Of a stretch of 64,000 nucleotides of DNA, positions 50,990 through 64,000 are shown piece after piece. Under the pieces are notes generated by a model. That model saw only the letters and a program-made list of their open reading frames with translations. It was not told the origin of the DNA and ran no database searches. The translations under genes were made by a program, and so were the position numbers. The DNA comes from Eledone cirrhosa (lineage: Eukaryota): assembly GCA_964016885.1 (NCBI GenBank), contig OZ024755.1, positions 22,878,001 through 22,942,000 on the forward strand, written 5' to 3'. How positions within the stretch are numbered: position 1 is the first letter of the stretch; each line of letters starts with the position of its first letter.

Positions 50990-53087
50990 CCCTTCCTAAT
51001 GCAAACTACCTTACAGGATATATGGGTGCATTTTTTTCATGGCACCACCACTACCATTTTACAGAATATACTGGGTGCATTTTATCATAGTACCAGCACT
51101 AGAGAGATTGTCATAGGCTCCTCCAGATTTAAAAGTCCTCTCAAACTCTGTTTTTTTTTATTTTTTTTTTGGTATGGTATGGTCTTGTAACTCCTGATGG
51201 AATCGTAGGAGCACCATAATGGCATATGGCGTTTCTAAAGCATTTTTTAAAGCATGGTGGAGCCTATCCCCTCTCCAGGCCTGAATTCAGCAGATTTCTT
51301 CCAGAGAAAGATCGAAGGTGAGAAAGAGGAAGTGAAAAAGAGATATAGAGGAAGAATCGACTCCAGTACTTGACTGGTATTTCTTTTATTGACCTCGAAT
51401 GGATGAAAAGAAAAATTGATCTCAACGGGATTTGAAATGGATTATAAAAACTTTTTTAAAAAACCCTCTTCACAATAAAGCTAAACATGTTTAGATATAG
51501 TCACACTACAACACATACACACATACATTGGCACACACTAACACATTAACACTCACATACAAGGTTATGTCATGTTTAGATACAGACACACTATAACATA
51601 AACTAACATACAGATATTAGCACCCACTAACATGCAAACATAAAGTTATGTCATATTAGTCACAGACACACTATAACACACACACACACATACATACATT
51701 AGCACAAACTAACACACTCTAGCACATACTAACAAGGTTATGTCATATGTTCTATGATGTAATATATAATTAACTTCAGTAGAACATTGTCAGAAGTGAT
51801 CACTAATTGTCGTGTTGTGCCTCAACATACCATACACTGCTGTAAAAACAACCATTCAGTCATAGTCTACACACCAAGTTTAAAGTTTGCTTGATTTGTT
51901 TATTTATTTATTTATTTTTCAGAGTATAACTATTTATATAAAGTGGTGAATTGGCAGAGTAATTAGGTTAAACATGTCTTGGTGTTTGTTCTGGTTCACT
52001 GTGTTATGAGTTCAAATCCAGTCAAGGTCAACTTTGACTTTCATCTTTTTGAGGTCAATAAACAAAAGCGGCGCCTGTCCAATACTAGGGTTGGTTCATC
52101 CTCTATTTCTCTCTCTCTATGTCAAGAAGTAATTGGCTGTGCTCCAATCTGAAACAGAATGGGCTGCACTAGATTTAAAATGCCCAAAACAGCAGTGTAT
52201 CCTCAAAATACTGATCTGGCCTAAATGTTTACAACAGAATGGACTCTGGTGAAGACACCCAAGAGTGAAATGGTGGTGTAAAACTAGGCAATGAATTAAG
52301 TCTATCGAAGTAGGCCACAGGAGGATTTGAAGTTAGAATGTAAAAAGCTGAAATAAATACTGCAAGGCCTTTTGTCTGATGTTCTAACAATCCTGCTAGA
52401 TCACCACCATGGGCTGGTATTTTATTAACTTTGATAGGATGAAAGGCAAAGTTTACCTCAATTGGGCTTAAACTGAGAATTTGTTTTGGGTTTTAGCAGA
52501 GTACTCTCTGTTGAAAACAATTCTGGCTCCTTTCTTTACTATATTTCTAATAAAAAAGCATTGCTTATAATTTTCAAATTTTGAAAATAATCAAGAATTT
52601 GTAAGGAATTAGTAAAACTTTCTGATTATTAACCTGCAATTGTAGCATAACTTAATATATTGTTTTCACATAACATCATGATGGAAGATTTTGAAATAAA
52701 TATAAACACTGTAAAACAGTTTGGCATCATAGAATTTAGTAATATAACTAACTTTTTCAATATTCAAAGTTTCTTACATAAAATTATGATGGAAGGATTT
52801 TAGTTAAATAAAATTCTTTTAAAATAAACAGCACAATATCATCGAACTAGGGGTGGTTTCAGGTGGTTTCAGATAGTTTCAAAGGGTTTAAAAAAGATTT
52901 TCAGAACTTTACTGTTTTTCCAATAAAAAATCTAGAAATCCCATTACCAGTAATATAATGGATACTATTCAATTAATAAGACAACTTCTTTTTTTATTAA
53001 TATAGCTTTGTACCAAGACAAAACATAGCAGTTTTTTTTTATTTGTTTTTTTACTTTTTAATGTTATTATTATTATTTTTACTTCAG

Positions 53088-53124
53088 AACAACGCATGGC
53101 ACTGACATTGAAGATCCTGAATTT
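53088..53124 (+). CDS. Candidate 37-bp internal exon (TTHGTDIEDPEF)
   Basis: Long T-rich tract plus TTCAG acceptor and GTAAGA donor. It is an open frame in a locally higher-GC patch. No homology recognised. Confidence 0.35.
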
Positions 53125-55229
53125 GTAAGATCAAATAAAACATTTTACAAATTTTACTAATGTACCAAAGATTTGTACTACCAAATCTTCAGTTTTCTTT
53201 CCTGTAGAGAATATTCATAAGATTTCTGCCCTTTTCAGTTACAGGCAGTCTCTACAACAATCTTTTACGGTGACTAATCCATTAATACATCAATTGCCTT
53301 ACCCTTGTTACTTCATGTAAGTTAGGAATTACATTTTCTGCTCAGCTGAACAATGCCAATTTTCATTCTCTTGCTTTTTTTTGTTTTTTTTTTATTTTTT
53401 CTATTATTTTTGTTTTCTTCCTTTGCATATGTTATTTTTTCCTTCCTTCCTTAAATATGCATGTTAAATATCGACAAACTGTTTTATAATACATGCCTGT
53501 AGCTTTTATATAATGTTCCTTATACATCAATGCATATATTCTTTTCCTTATGGACCTGAGTAGTAGGAGTGCTGTCATTGCATACTTGGGCATATTAAAC
53601 CTAGTGGAACCCATCTCCTCTTCAGGTCGAAACAACTGAGTACAGCGTGCAGGAACAAATACCACAAAGCATTCCATCTAATGCTCTAATTCTTCCAATT
53701 CTCCACATATGAAAACATATTAGGAACATTATACTGCGTGGTTTGTGTTAACACACTTCATCCATCTCACAAGTCTGGAACATTCAGCAATGGCCATAGG
53801 CACTGGTCTTAATCCTCTTTTAATCCCTTTCATAGCAAATTACCCATAAATACCTCTGGTTCTAATTAATAAAACCAACCGTTTTAAAGGGCTCCTATTT
53901 AAATTAAAATGTTTAAACATAAAAGAAGATGTAGGAAGCTCAGACAGAAAATAACTGTAATTACAATCAGTTGTTATAAAACAGTTTCTAAAAATTTGGT
54001 AAAGATCCCTAGAAATGGAAAAATGTTGGCAGCATCTGAGCTTTCAATATCAGCATCACCATTTAATGTCCATTTTTCTACTCTAGCATGGGTTATGGGT
54101 TAGATGAGTTGTCTTGTGAGAAATACTGGGTCAGGTGACCATGTCTTGCTCATACAGAACTGATTTTGGCTTTGTTTCTACAGTTGGATGCCTTCCCTAA
54201 CACCAACCACATTTACAGTGGGTACTGGGTGTTTTTTGTATGACACCTACACAACCACTTGGCAGTGTAGGCTGGATGCTTTTTGTTGTGATACCAACAT
54301 AACTTTACAGTGTAAAGGGTGGGGTGGAGAGTAGTGGGTTGTATAGGGCATGTATGGAAGATCTCACACAAATTACACTTTACCAACTTTAACCGATTCG
54401 TGGCCATATTCCTAATGAGACACTGTATTCCTATTGATAAATTTGGAGGGATTTACTAAAATTATTCCTTCATTCTATTTTAGATGGTATTTGTCACAAA
54501 AAAGGTTCTAATGATGGAAAGTTTCAATTTAAATAGAAATGCTTTAAAATGAGCTGGTTTTGATTGGATTGATATCAAAAGGGTTAAGTGTTTGAAAAAT
54601 AATAGCTTTTTTTTTATTATTTTATTCTTGATAATAAAATCCTATTAGAATCGGATTCAAGTGATTTTTTTTGTAAATTTTTTTCAAAAAGGATTTTATT
54701 CAGATTGCATCTGATTTGAGATTTGAATTATTTCTATGAATGAAAAGATTTACTATGAACGTACTTATTATAGATTAGAACAAACTACTTGTTCTGCCAG
54801 GTATTCTTTGTAGGCTTGGTCATGCTATTATTCTTGGCTTTCTTCTCAAATTCCTCCCACAAATGTTACATTTAAGTTTAATCACCTCTTCTTTCTTCTC
54901 CTTGGTCTAAAATATCTTTTCAGACTTATCTCATAATTCAGAGTGGCAAACCTGCTGAAATAGGTGGTAGTTATATATTTAACTAACAGCTTTACAAATC
55001 ACTCCATTCATCATCATCATTGTTTTAACATCTGCTTTCTCTGCTAGCTAAGGTTGGACAGGTTTACATAGATCAAGTCAGTACTGAAACGGGGCTACTG
55101 ATCGCCCAGACAGGACAGGGATCTGTGTCTCACTTATAAATTCTTTAACAGTTGACAATGTCTTTTAAAGACATCTCTTCAAGGTTGATAGAATAAATAA
55201 TGTTGTTGCTCGACCTCTGGCAATAGGTG

Positions 55230-55525
55230 TGTCAGTTGATTCAAACAATGGAACTGCCTGCTCGTGAAATTAACGTGTAAGTGGCTGAGCATTCCACAAA
55301 CAAGTGTACTCTTAATGTAGTTCTCAGGAAGATTCTGCATGACACAATGTGTGACAAGACTGGCCCTTTGAATTACAGGTACAACTCATTTTTTAAGCTA
55401 GTGGGCTGAAGAAACAAGAAGTAAAGTATCTTGCTCAACGACTCAACACACTGCCTGGTCTGGGAATCAAACTCATGACCTTACAGTTGTGAACCTAACA
55501 CCATATACACTAAGCTACATGCCTT
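55230..55525 (-). mobile_element. Diverged CORE-type SINE with a different body (related fragment at 14305-14395, plus strand)
   Basis: The tRNA head plus AAGTATCTTGCTCAA CORE is reversed. The body GCATGACACAATGTGTGACAAGACTGGCC is the reverse complement of ~14311-14340. Confidence 0.6.
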
Positions 55526-56387
55526 AAAAAATAATGATATATCTTTTATTTTGAACATGCAGAAAATAAAAGAAGCATAACAAGCTTTTTAAGGCCATTT
55601 TCTCTCCCAAAGCAAGAGTTAGGCTTGCAAGGCCTCATAATATGAGGTCCTTTCTGAGGCAATGTTTTACTGCCAGATGTCCTTCCTGACACCGACTCTT
55701 TTAGGTGCCTCTTGTGATATACAGGGATACAGTATACCTATTCTAAACTGGATATATACACAGTAAAAATAAGAACGACAATAAGACAAAGGTTTGTTTT
55801 TCATTTGGTAGGCAGTACCCATGGCCTTCACAGGACTCTAAAACAGGAGGGATCAATGTTGTTAATATTCAGCTTAAACTATGGAAAGCCCATATCTTTC
55901 AGAAATGAGTGTAGTGGTTAGTGCAAGGTTGGGGGGGGGGGGGGTGAGGGAACTGAACAGACTATGGAGGATGAGAGGAGGTGAAACAAATGAGATGAGA
56001 GTGCCTAAGTAGAGGTGGTATGACATCAGATAAGAGATGAGTTATATATGAGCTATTTCTAGTATCATTTTATACTCATTACATTGTCAGTGATATACAA
56101 ATATTTACTTTGTAGATCTATGTATGCATGTAATTTTTACACTACACTGGATTGGTAAGGATTTATTCCATTCCATTTACTAAAAAGTAAATATTAATTT
56201 ATAATTTCAAAGAAAGCTTTCTGAAGAGATTGTATTCTTCAGCATTGTCTCTTGCAGATTCTTGACAATTGAAACCAAAGTAATGGTGAGATTATTGCCT
56301 TATTTAAGGTTGCTTTACTAGGAATCTACCCCTCACTAACATTGTAATGTTACACACACTCTCTCTCTCAATATATATATATATATA

Positions 56388-56780
56388 TCATTTCATCATT
56401 TCATTTCATTTTACGTTCACTTTTCCCTGCTTGCAAGGGTGGGATGGGAACAGATTCTGGCTTGATTTCTACAGCTGGATGCCCTTCCTAACACCAACCT
56501 CATTTACAGTGAGTGCTGGGTGCTTTTTTTCTGTGACGCCTACATGTCCACTTTACAGTGTGGGCTGGGTGCTTTTTTGCCGTGGCACCTCCACAACCAT
56601 TTTGCAGTGGAATGATAGGGACCCCAGTCCCTATCATCTCATTTCTACAGCTGAGTAAACTGGAGCAATGTGAAATAAAGTGTCTTGCTCAAGGAAACAA
56701 CACATCACCCGGTCTGAGAATTGAACTCACAACCTTTCAATTGCAAGGCCAATGCTCTAACCACTAAGCCATGTGCCTCC
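56388..56780 (-). mobile_element. SINE family B
   Basis: Reverse complement of 6294-6686. Confidence 0.88.
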
Positions 56781-56872
56781 ATATATGTATATATATATTT
56801 ACCATCTAACTTATGCTAGCGTGGAAGAAGGACGTTAAACGATGATGATAATGATGATGATGATGATGATGA

Positions 56873-56987
<115 letters not shown>

Positions 56988-57294
56988 CATTGAATCATGC
57001 ATACAACAATTTATTGCTCCATCCATTCTTCTATTTGACAATTGGTATTTAATGTCATTTTACTGACATGAATAGATTTAAGTCTTCTAATTATTGCATG
57101 AAATGTTCTCCCAATTTTATTAGAGCTTAATACACACACAAACATACTCTCTCTCTCTCTCAAACACACATATGCTCACATGTATATGTGTGTATATATA
57201 TATATATATGATGATGATGATGATGATACACACATGTGTATATATATATATATACACACATACTCTCTCATACACACAGACACATGTAAGTGTG

Positions 57295-57337
<43 letters not shown>

Positions 57338-57560
57338 GTATATAATGGCAAATTCAATTTAGTCAGGTGATCTGACTGGCGAATCAAAGAAACATCTAAC
57401 TTCACATCACAAACCTGTATTCAATTGTTTGCAATTGTCTCTAAATAGAGTTTTGCAGAAGATAAGGCAACACTTGTGACTTCTCATCTAGATGAAGTAT
57501 TATGAAGTGTCACACACAATAACAGTCATTGTAAAATCTCTTTTCTTTCAATATCTGCTT

Positions 57561-58009
57561 TTAACCCATCTGTTACTATATTTCTAATGAAATACATTAC
57601 ATTTGGATTATTTAACCCTTTACTATTTACATAACTCTAAATATACTATTGTATTTTCATAGTAAAGGATTTTCTCACATAATATCCATTCTATGAGATT
57701 TTGATATTATTTATTTTGAGAACAATACCGTAACATCAGTATGAGTAGCTCATTACGGCCGGTTTGAAAAGAAAGAGGTGAGAGAATTCTGGCCGGATAC
57801 AGCCAGTTTAAATGCTAAAGGGTTCACGAAGAAGCTGGAAGGAATTATTAAATCAATATTAAGATAGCATTTGTAATGTAATTTGATGAAAGGTTCTTAT
57901 ATTAAATTACTTTGGAAGATTTTAATTTACAGAAAAACCCTTTAAAATAGGTGGTTTTGTTTTATAGAACCAGAGGCTGTTTTGGGCAAGTTGAAATCAA
58001 AAGAGTTAA
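57561..58009. mobile_element. TTAA MITE family 2 with family 1 nested at 57612-57826
   Basis: Outer TTAACCCATCTGTTAC...ATCAAAAGAGTTAA; inner TTAACCCTTT...GCTAAAGGGTTCA. A similar outer element lies at 54389-54587. Confidence 0.7.
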
Positions 58010-59025
58010 TATCGATAATTGTTCCTTCCTATAGTATATAAACAAAATAACTGTTGGTGTGATGAAAATTTCAATATTATAACAATTATAAAAACAAATA
58101 GCATATTACTGTGGTTTAATTCTTGATTAATAAAGAAAAAAAAGGAGGTGAGAAGACATGTACACACCACAAGAGGTGCTGGGGCCTCCTTCTAATAATT
58201 TTTTAAGCAAGCCAACACACTTTTTTTTGGTGATGGTGAGGTTAAGGTGCTGGAATAACTAAGCATCCTGGGACACTGCATCCTTTAAAACTTCTAATCT
58301 TCCTGAAATTCGCCAACACTACACCTGATATTCCCCCACCATATACACATGTATGTCATGACTAATACACTGTTCACTTTCCTGACATTTGCACATTATT
58401 CTATGTACTATATATGCACCTTTGACGAGTGTTAGTGCACCTAAGCACTGTACACAATAATTTCATTATTATTATTATATATATTGCATGGCATCGTCCC
58501 CTAATGGTATTTCTAGGGCATTCTTAAACCTGGCAGAGCCCATCCCTTTCATTTCTCCCAGAGAATGGAAGAGAGAAAGAGATATAGAGGAAGAATCAAC
58601 TGCAGTACTAGACTGGTACTTTTTTATTGGCCTCAAAAGCACGAAAGGCAAAGTTAACCTTCATATCTCATATAATTCATATCTCAAGGTGTGTGTATTT
58701 AATATGTATGTGTATATAAATATTTGAGCATATATAACTATATGTATATATGTGGGGGTGTAAAGGCAGACAGTGTGTGAAAATAAAACATTTCTGGAAT
58801 AACTAGCATTCTACTTTATTATATTCTATTTTAACAAATGAGTCTTTCTTTCATAAGTTTTCTAAAAACACTATTGAAACTTAATGAGTTGGCATGCACA
58901 CCTCGCAAACACACACATCAATGAGTGGGTGTAAATCTGTGTATGCAGGTTCACTCACATGACATGGTTACAGGTCAACCTCAGGGAATGGTAAATGATT
59001 CTTGTAATCAATATCCATTCACACA

Positions 59026-59127
<102 letters not shown>

Positions 59128-59162
59128 CATCATCTTCATCATATATATATATATATATATAT

Positions 59163-59474
59163 GGAGGCACATGGCTTAGTGGTTAGCATTGGGCCTTGCA
59201 ACCGAAAGGTTGTGAGTTCAATTCTCAGACCGGGTGATGTGTTGTTTCCTTGAGCAAGACACTTTATTTCACATTCCTCCAGTTTACTCAGCTGTAGAAA
59301 TGAACGTAAAAGTGGACATGTAGGCACCATGGAAAAAAAGCACCCAGCACTCACTGTAAATGAGGTTGGTGTTAGGAAGGGCATCCATCTGTAGAAATCA
59401 AGCCAGAATCAGTTCCCGTCCCACCCTTGCAAGCAGGGAAAAGCGGACATAAAAGGATGATGATGATGATGATG
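59163..59474 (+). mobile_element. SINE family B (internally deleted)
   Basis: Head, CORE and RTE tail. Confidence 0.85.
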
Positions 59475-59496
59475 TTATATATATATAACATCTAGT

Positions 59497-59770
59497 TCAC
59501 ACTGAAGTGGTCGTGTAGGTGTCACAACAAAAAGCAGCCAGTCCACACTGTAAAAAGGTTGTGTAGGAGACATGGTAAAAATGCTCCCAGTCCACACTGT
59601 AAATGTGGTTAGCATTAGGAAGGTCTTCCAGCCGTAGAAAACCAGCCAGAAATAGTTCTATATGAGCGAGACACGGTCCCCCGACCAATCTTGTCTCAAG
59701 TGGAACAAACCCATCTAACCCATGCTACAGTGGAAGATAGACGTTAACAGATGATGATGATAATGATGAT
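59497..59770 (+). mobile_element. RTE 3' UTR fragment
   Basis: Collinear with 47245-47503. Confidence 0.75.
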
Positions 59771-59849
59771 ATATATATAATAAATTGAAGTGAAAACCAA
59801 CAGGTGTGTGTGTGTTTTTATTGGCAGCATGACCCTCCAAAATTACAAC

Positions 59850-61430
59850 TATATATATAATATAATATATATATATATATATATATAATATAATATATAT
59901 ATATAATATAATATAATATAATATAATATATATATATATATATACATACATATATATAATATATATATACATATAATATAATATATACATAATATAATAT
60001 AATATATATATAATATAATATATATATAATATAATATATTATATTATATATACATATATATAATATAATATAATATATATATATAATATAATATAATATA
60101 TATATAATATAATATAATATATATATAATATAATATAATAAATATATAATATAATATAATATAATATATATATAATATAATATAATATAATATATATATA
60201 TACATATATATAATATAATATAATATATATATACATATAATATAATATAATATAATATTACTTCAAAATATTAATAAATATAGACATTCATGTGATCAAA
60301 TATATTTTATTATACATATTTCAGAGGTACTGAGCTATTTCAACAGTATGTCCTCATCAGATAAAATAAGTTGATGCCTGACATACCTTGACTATGTTGA
60401 TGGTTATAATTTAGTCATATAATATAATATAATATATATATATATATATACATATAATATAATATATATATACATATAATATAATATATATATATACATA
60501 TAATATAATATATATATATATACATATAATATAATATATATATATATACATATAATATAATATATATATATACATATAATATAATATATATATATACATA
60601 TAATATAATATATATACATATAATATAATATATATTATACATATAATATAATATATATTATACATATAATATAATATATATATATACATATAATATAATA
60701 TATATATAATATAATATAATATATATATATACATATATATAATATATATATATAATACATATATATATACATATACATATATATATACACATATATATAC
60801 ATATATATAATATAATATATATATACATATATATAATATAATATATATATACATATATATAATATAATATATATATACATATATATAATATAATATATAT
60901 ATATACATATATATACATATATATAATATAATATATATATACATATATATAATATAATATATATATATACATATATATAATATAATATATATATATACAT
61001 ATATATAATATATATATACATATATATAATATATATATATACATATATATAATATATATATACATATATATAATATAATATATATATACATATATATAAT
61101 ATAATATATATATACATATATATAATATAATATATATATACTTATATATAATATAATATATATATACATATAATATATATATATAATATAATATATATAT
61201 AGATATATAATATAATATATATATACATATATAATATAATATATATATACATATATATATAATATAATATATATATACATATATATAATATAATATATAT
61301 ATACATATATATAATATAATATATATATACATATATATAATATAATATATATATATATATAATATATATATATATACATATATATAATATAATATATATA
61401 TATATATATATAATATACATATAATATATA
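59850..61430. repeat. (TATAA)n/(TA)n AT-rich satellite, interrupted at ~60260-60415
   Basis: Direct reading. Confidence 0.93.
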
Positions 61431-61564
61431 GAAAGAATCATGCCAAGATTGTTTAAAGATTGATTCTTTCTATGAGCGAGTACATTTATTATTTACCATT
61501 ATATGTCTGTACATGATACTAGTTGTTTCTAAATTAGATATATGGAAGAGACTCTTTGTATATC

Positions 61565-61614
<50 letters not shown>

Positions 61615-62302
61615 AGGATTTATATCGATTGAATGCTAAAAGCATAGAAGCCATCTCAGTAATTCCGACCTTGCATCCTGGAGAACGGCTCAATGATAAC
61701 ACGAATGAAGATAACTTATTACAGAGCAAACTCAGTGCTAGATATTCTCAGGAAAGCAATACCTGAATAGAACATATTAAAGCTGATGACAATCAAAGAA
61801 ATCTAGGAAATTTAACAATTTAACCAAAAAAAAAAAAAAAAAATGCTAGCGCCTGGACCGTTTGGTTTCGACCCATGAAAAAAAATTCACTAATTACGAG
61901 TATTAGAAATTAATTATCAGAAAATCAAAACGGGGTTCTTATGAACAGGTCATCATAATAATAGCCAAAAATTCTTATGTCTAGATCAACGTTTCTCAAC
62001 CTTTTTACCCTTGCATAACCCTTAAAATAAATTACATGTCTCAAGGAACCCCTGCGCAAAAACATAATTATATACCATATCTTTCTCATTTTATTTTCAT
62101 CGTAGTTCACGTGCACAGCCTCTATCTAGACTCTAGATAGAAGGCTGTGCGCCTGTGTTTTTAGAAGGATGGTATTATACATATATTATTATCACGGTTT
62201 TGGTAGTCTGGAAAATATGTTTTGTTCTATTTTTGACTTCCACGAAGTAAACCTCTCTACAAAAAAGTGAATCAGCCTTTTATGTTATTTCCAAAACTAT
62301 TC

Positions 62303-62356
<54 letters not shown>

Positions 62357-62372
62357 TATTTATATATATAAA

Positions 62373-62420
<48 letters not shown>

Positions 62421-62464
62421 CGTGTTTTGCAACGGGTGTGGCTCAATGAAAAGTTAATAAATTA

Positions 62465-62645
62465 AATAATTGTTTCTACTTTTGGCACAAGGCCAGCAAT
62501 TACTCAGTGCATTACTGGTCCTTTATTTTATCGATCCCGTAAGGATGAAAGGCAAAGTTAACTCCGGCGGGATTTGAACTCAGAATGGCAAGGGCCGTAA
62601 CTCTATGCGTCAAAGCATGGCGTACGACCCTCTATCGATAAATAA
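62465..62645 (-). mobile_element. SINE family A
   Basis: Core and tail reversed, with AAATAAT on both sides. Confidence 0.85.
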
Positions 62646-63249
62646 TCAGAGCTATATATCATAAAACATGTCTATAGAATCACCAGATAAAATATCTTAA
62701 AATGCGGACGAAACCATGGACGAGGTAAATAAATGTATTCTCTTTTCTTCTAGTTTATTTTACACCTAATTCTGTTTAATTGACTGTATATCTGGGCGAT
62801 TACGCTGTCGAAATATTCGATAAATATTCCGTCGCAGCCAGCGCGAAGTGTTACACCTCTATTCTTTTAAATATATATATATATATACATATTTGGGAAA
62901 TAGGAATTACAGGAGCGGACTTGATTATTTGTTAAATGTTTTAAGTTTTACCTAATTTGTTTCGAGTTGAAATTCTATGCGGTTAAACATCCATGACATA
63001 GATTTTAGCTGCTTTTTTAAAGCAACTAACATCATGTTTTTATCTAATATTATAATTTAATTAAAGCAATAGATGTTGATTTACTATTCAAGTTTTTTAA
63101 AATATAAAAATATAGTATTCATCAGTTCTCGATTTTTCTTGTCTTCGACAGACCAAAGTTATGCAATGTAGTGTTAGTTTTTATATGTATTGCGTCATAT
63201 AGCAGACGATAAGCATGACTTTACAATATTTAGTGTTATTCTACAATCG

Positions 63250-63467
63250 ATAATGGTTTCTGATTTAGGCACAAAACCAACAATTTTTGGAGAAGGGTAT
63301 GAGGAAAATCAATTAAATCGAACCAGTACGTTACTGGTACTTTATTTTATCGATCTTGTAAGGATGAAAGGCAAAGCTAACCTCGGTGGGACTTGAACTC
63401 AAAATATAAAAGGACGTAACTATATGCGCAAAGCATGTTGTCTGACGATGCTGCCAATCCACCGCCA
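63250..63467 (-). mobile_element. SINE family A (long-tail variant)
   Basis: Head, core and tail in reverse orientation. Confidence 0.8.
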
Positions 63468-64000
63468 TATTTATAGAAATAGACAATAAAAAGTATTATA
63501 CAATATTTACTATTATCATTCAGCAGACGATAAACAGGATACTACATCATTTAGTAGACAAGTGTCAATACAATTCATGTTGATGGTGTAATCGTTGCAA
63601 TAAATATTGACTAAAAGATTCAGTCTTGGATGCTAGTTGCATATGAGAACTAGCTATGTACATCTAAATGCCTCATAGAGTTTAATCCAAAGCAGACAGA
63701 ACATTTTGCCTGATACATTCATGACCTAAATTGAAATTATTTATCTAACAGGCGAAGCGAGAAATAAAGTCAATTTATCTTCGCACGATTTAGCCTAGGC
63801 TTCTTGTGTACATTCAGTTTGAGTTTTGTTCTACCTTTTTTTTTTTCACAACTCTTCAGCAAAGCCAGTTCACATTCTGAACTTCTTATAAGCTTTTAAA
63901 TTGGTCAGTCCACAAGTCAGTCTGGATTAGCGAAAATTTCATTTAGACATTAACTCTTAATTACGATACCCATTACATGTTTTTAGATTTATCTATTTAA

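Noticed and set aside
61615-61815. Possible GIY-YIG C-terminus (IEAI..P..LN) followed by CTGATGA...GAAA
   Set aside because: The protein similarity is marginal and no hammerhead stems can be formed.
62700-62850. CpG-retaining patch as a promoter
   Set aside because: Only mild CpG enrichment, with no linked exon or recognisable motif.

Overview
This is AT-rich, microsatellite-dense eukaryotic DNA. The repeat families (tRNA-derived CORE-type and Meta-type SINEs, RTE LINEs with (TGA)n tails, TTAA MITEs) suggest an octopus or other coleoid cephalopod; that is an inference. I can support no intact host gene. Almost all supplied ORFs are translations of simple repeats, and only a few isolated plus-strand micro-exon candidates exist between 38 and 56 kb. 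The window holds a decayed RTE LINE (44.7-47.5 kb) plus fragments, two abundant SINE families, Tc1/mariner-, pogo-, hAT- and piggyBac-like MITEs, a CRE-like endonuclease fragment and several satellites. The most interesting signal is structural RNA. There is an apparently intact type I hammerhead ribozyme inside a ~485-bp unit with terminal direct repeats (42.06-42.61 kb; retrozyme or Penelope pLTR-like), plus several decayed hammerhead remnants. There is also a small element family (1.9, 2.2 and 25.3 kb) whose hammerhead-like half (stem II-GAAA-stem III-GUC-stem I) is mirrored into a 110-130-bp palindrome in two copies and lacks the CUGANGA core.
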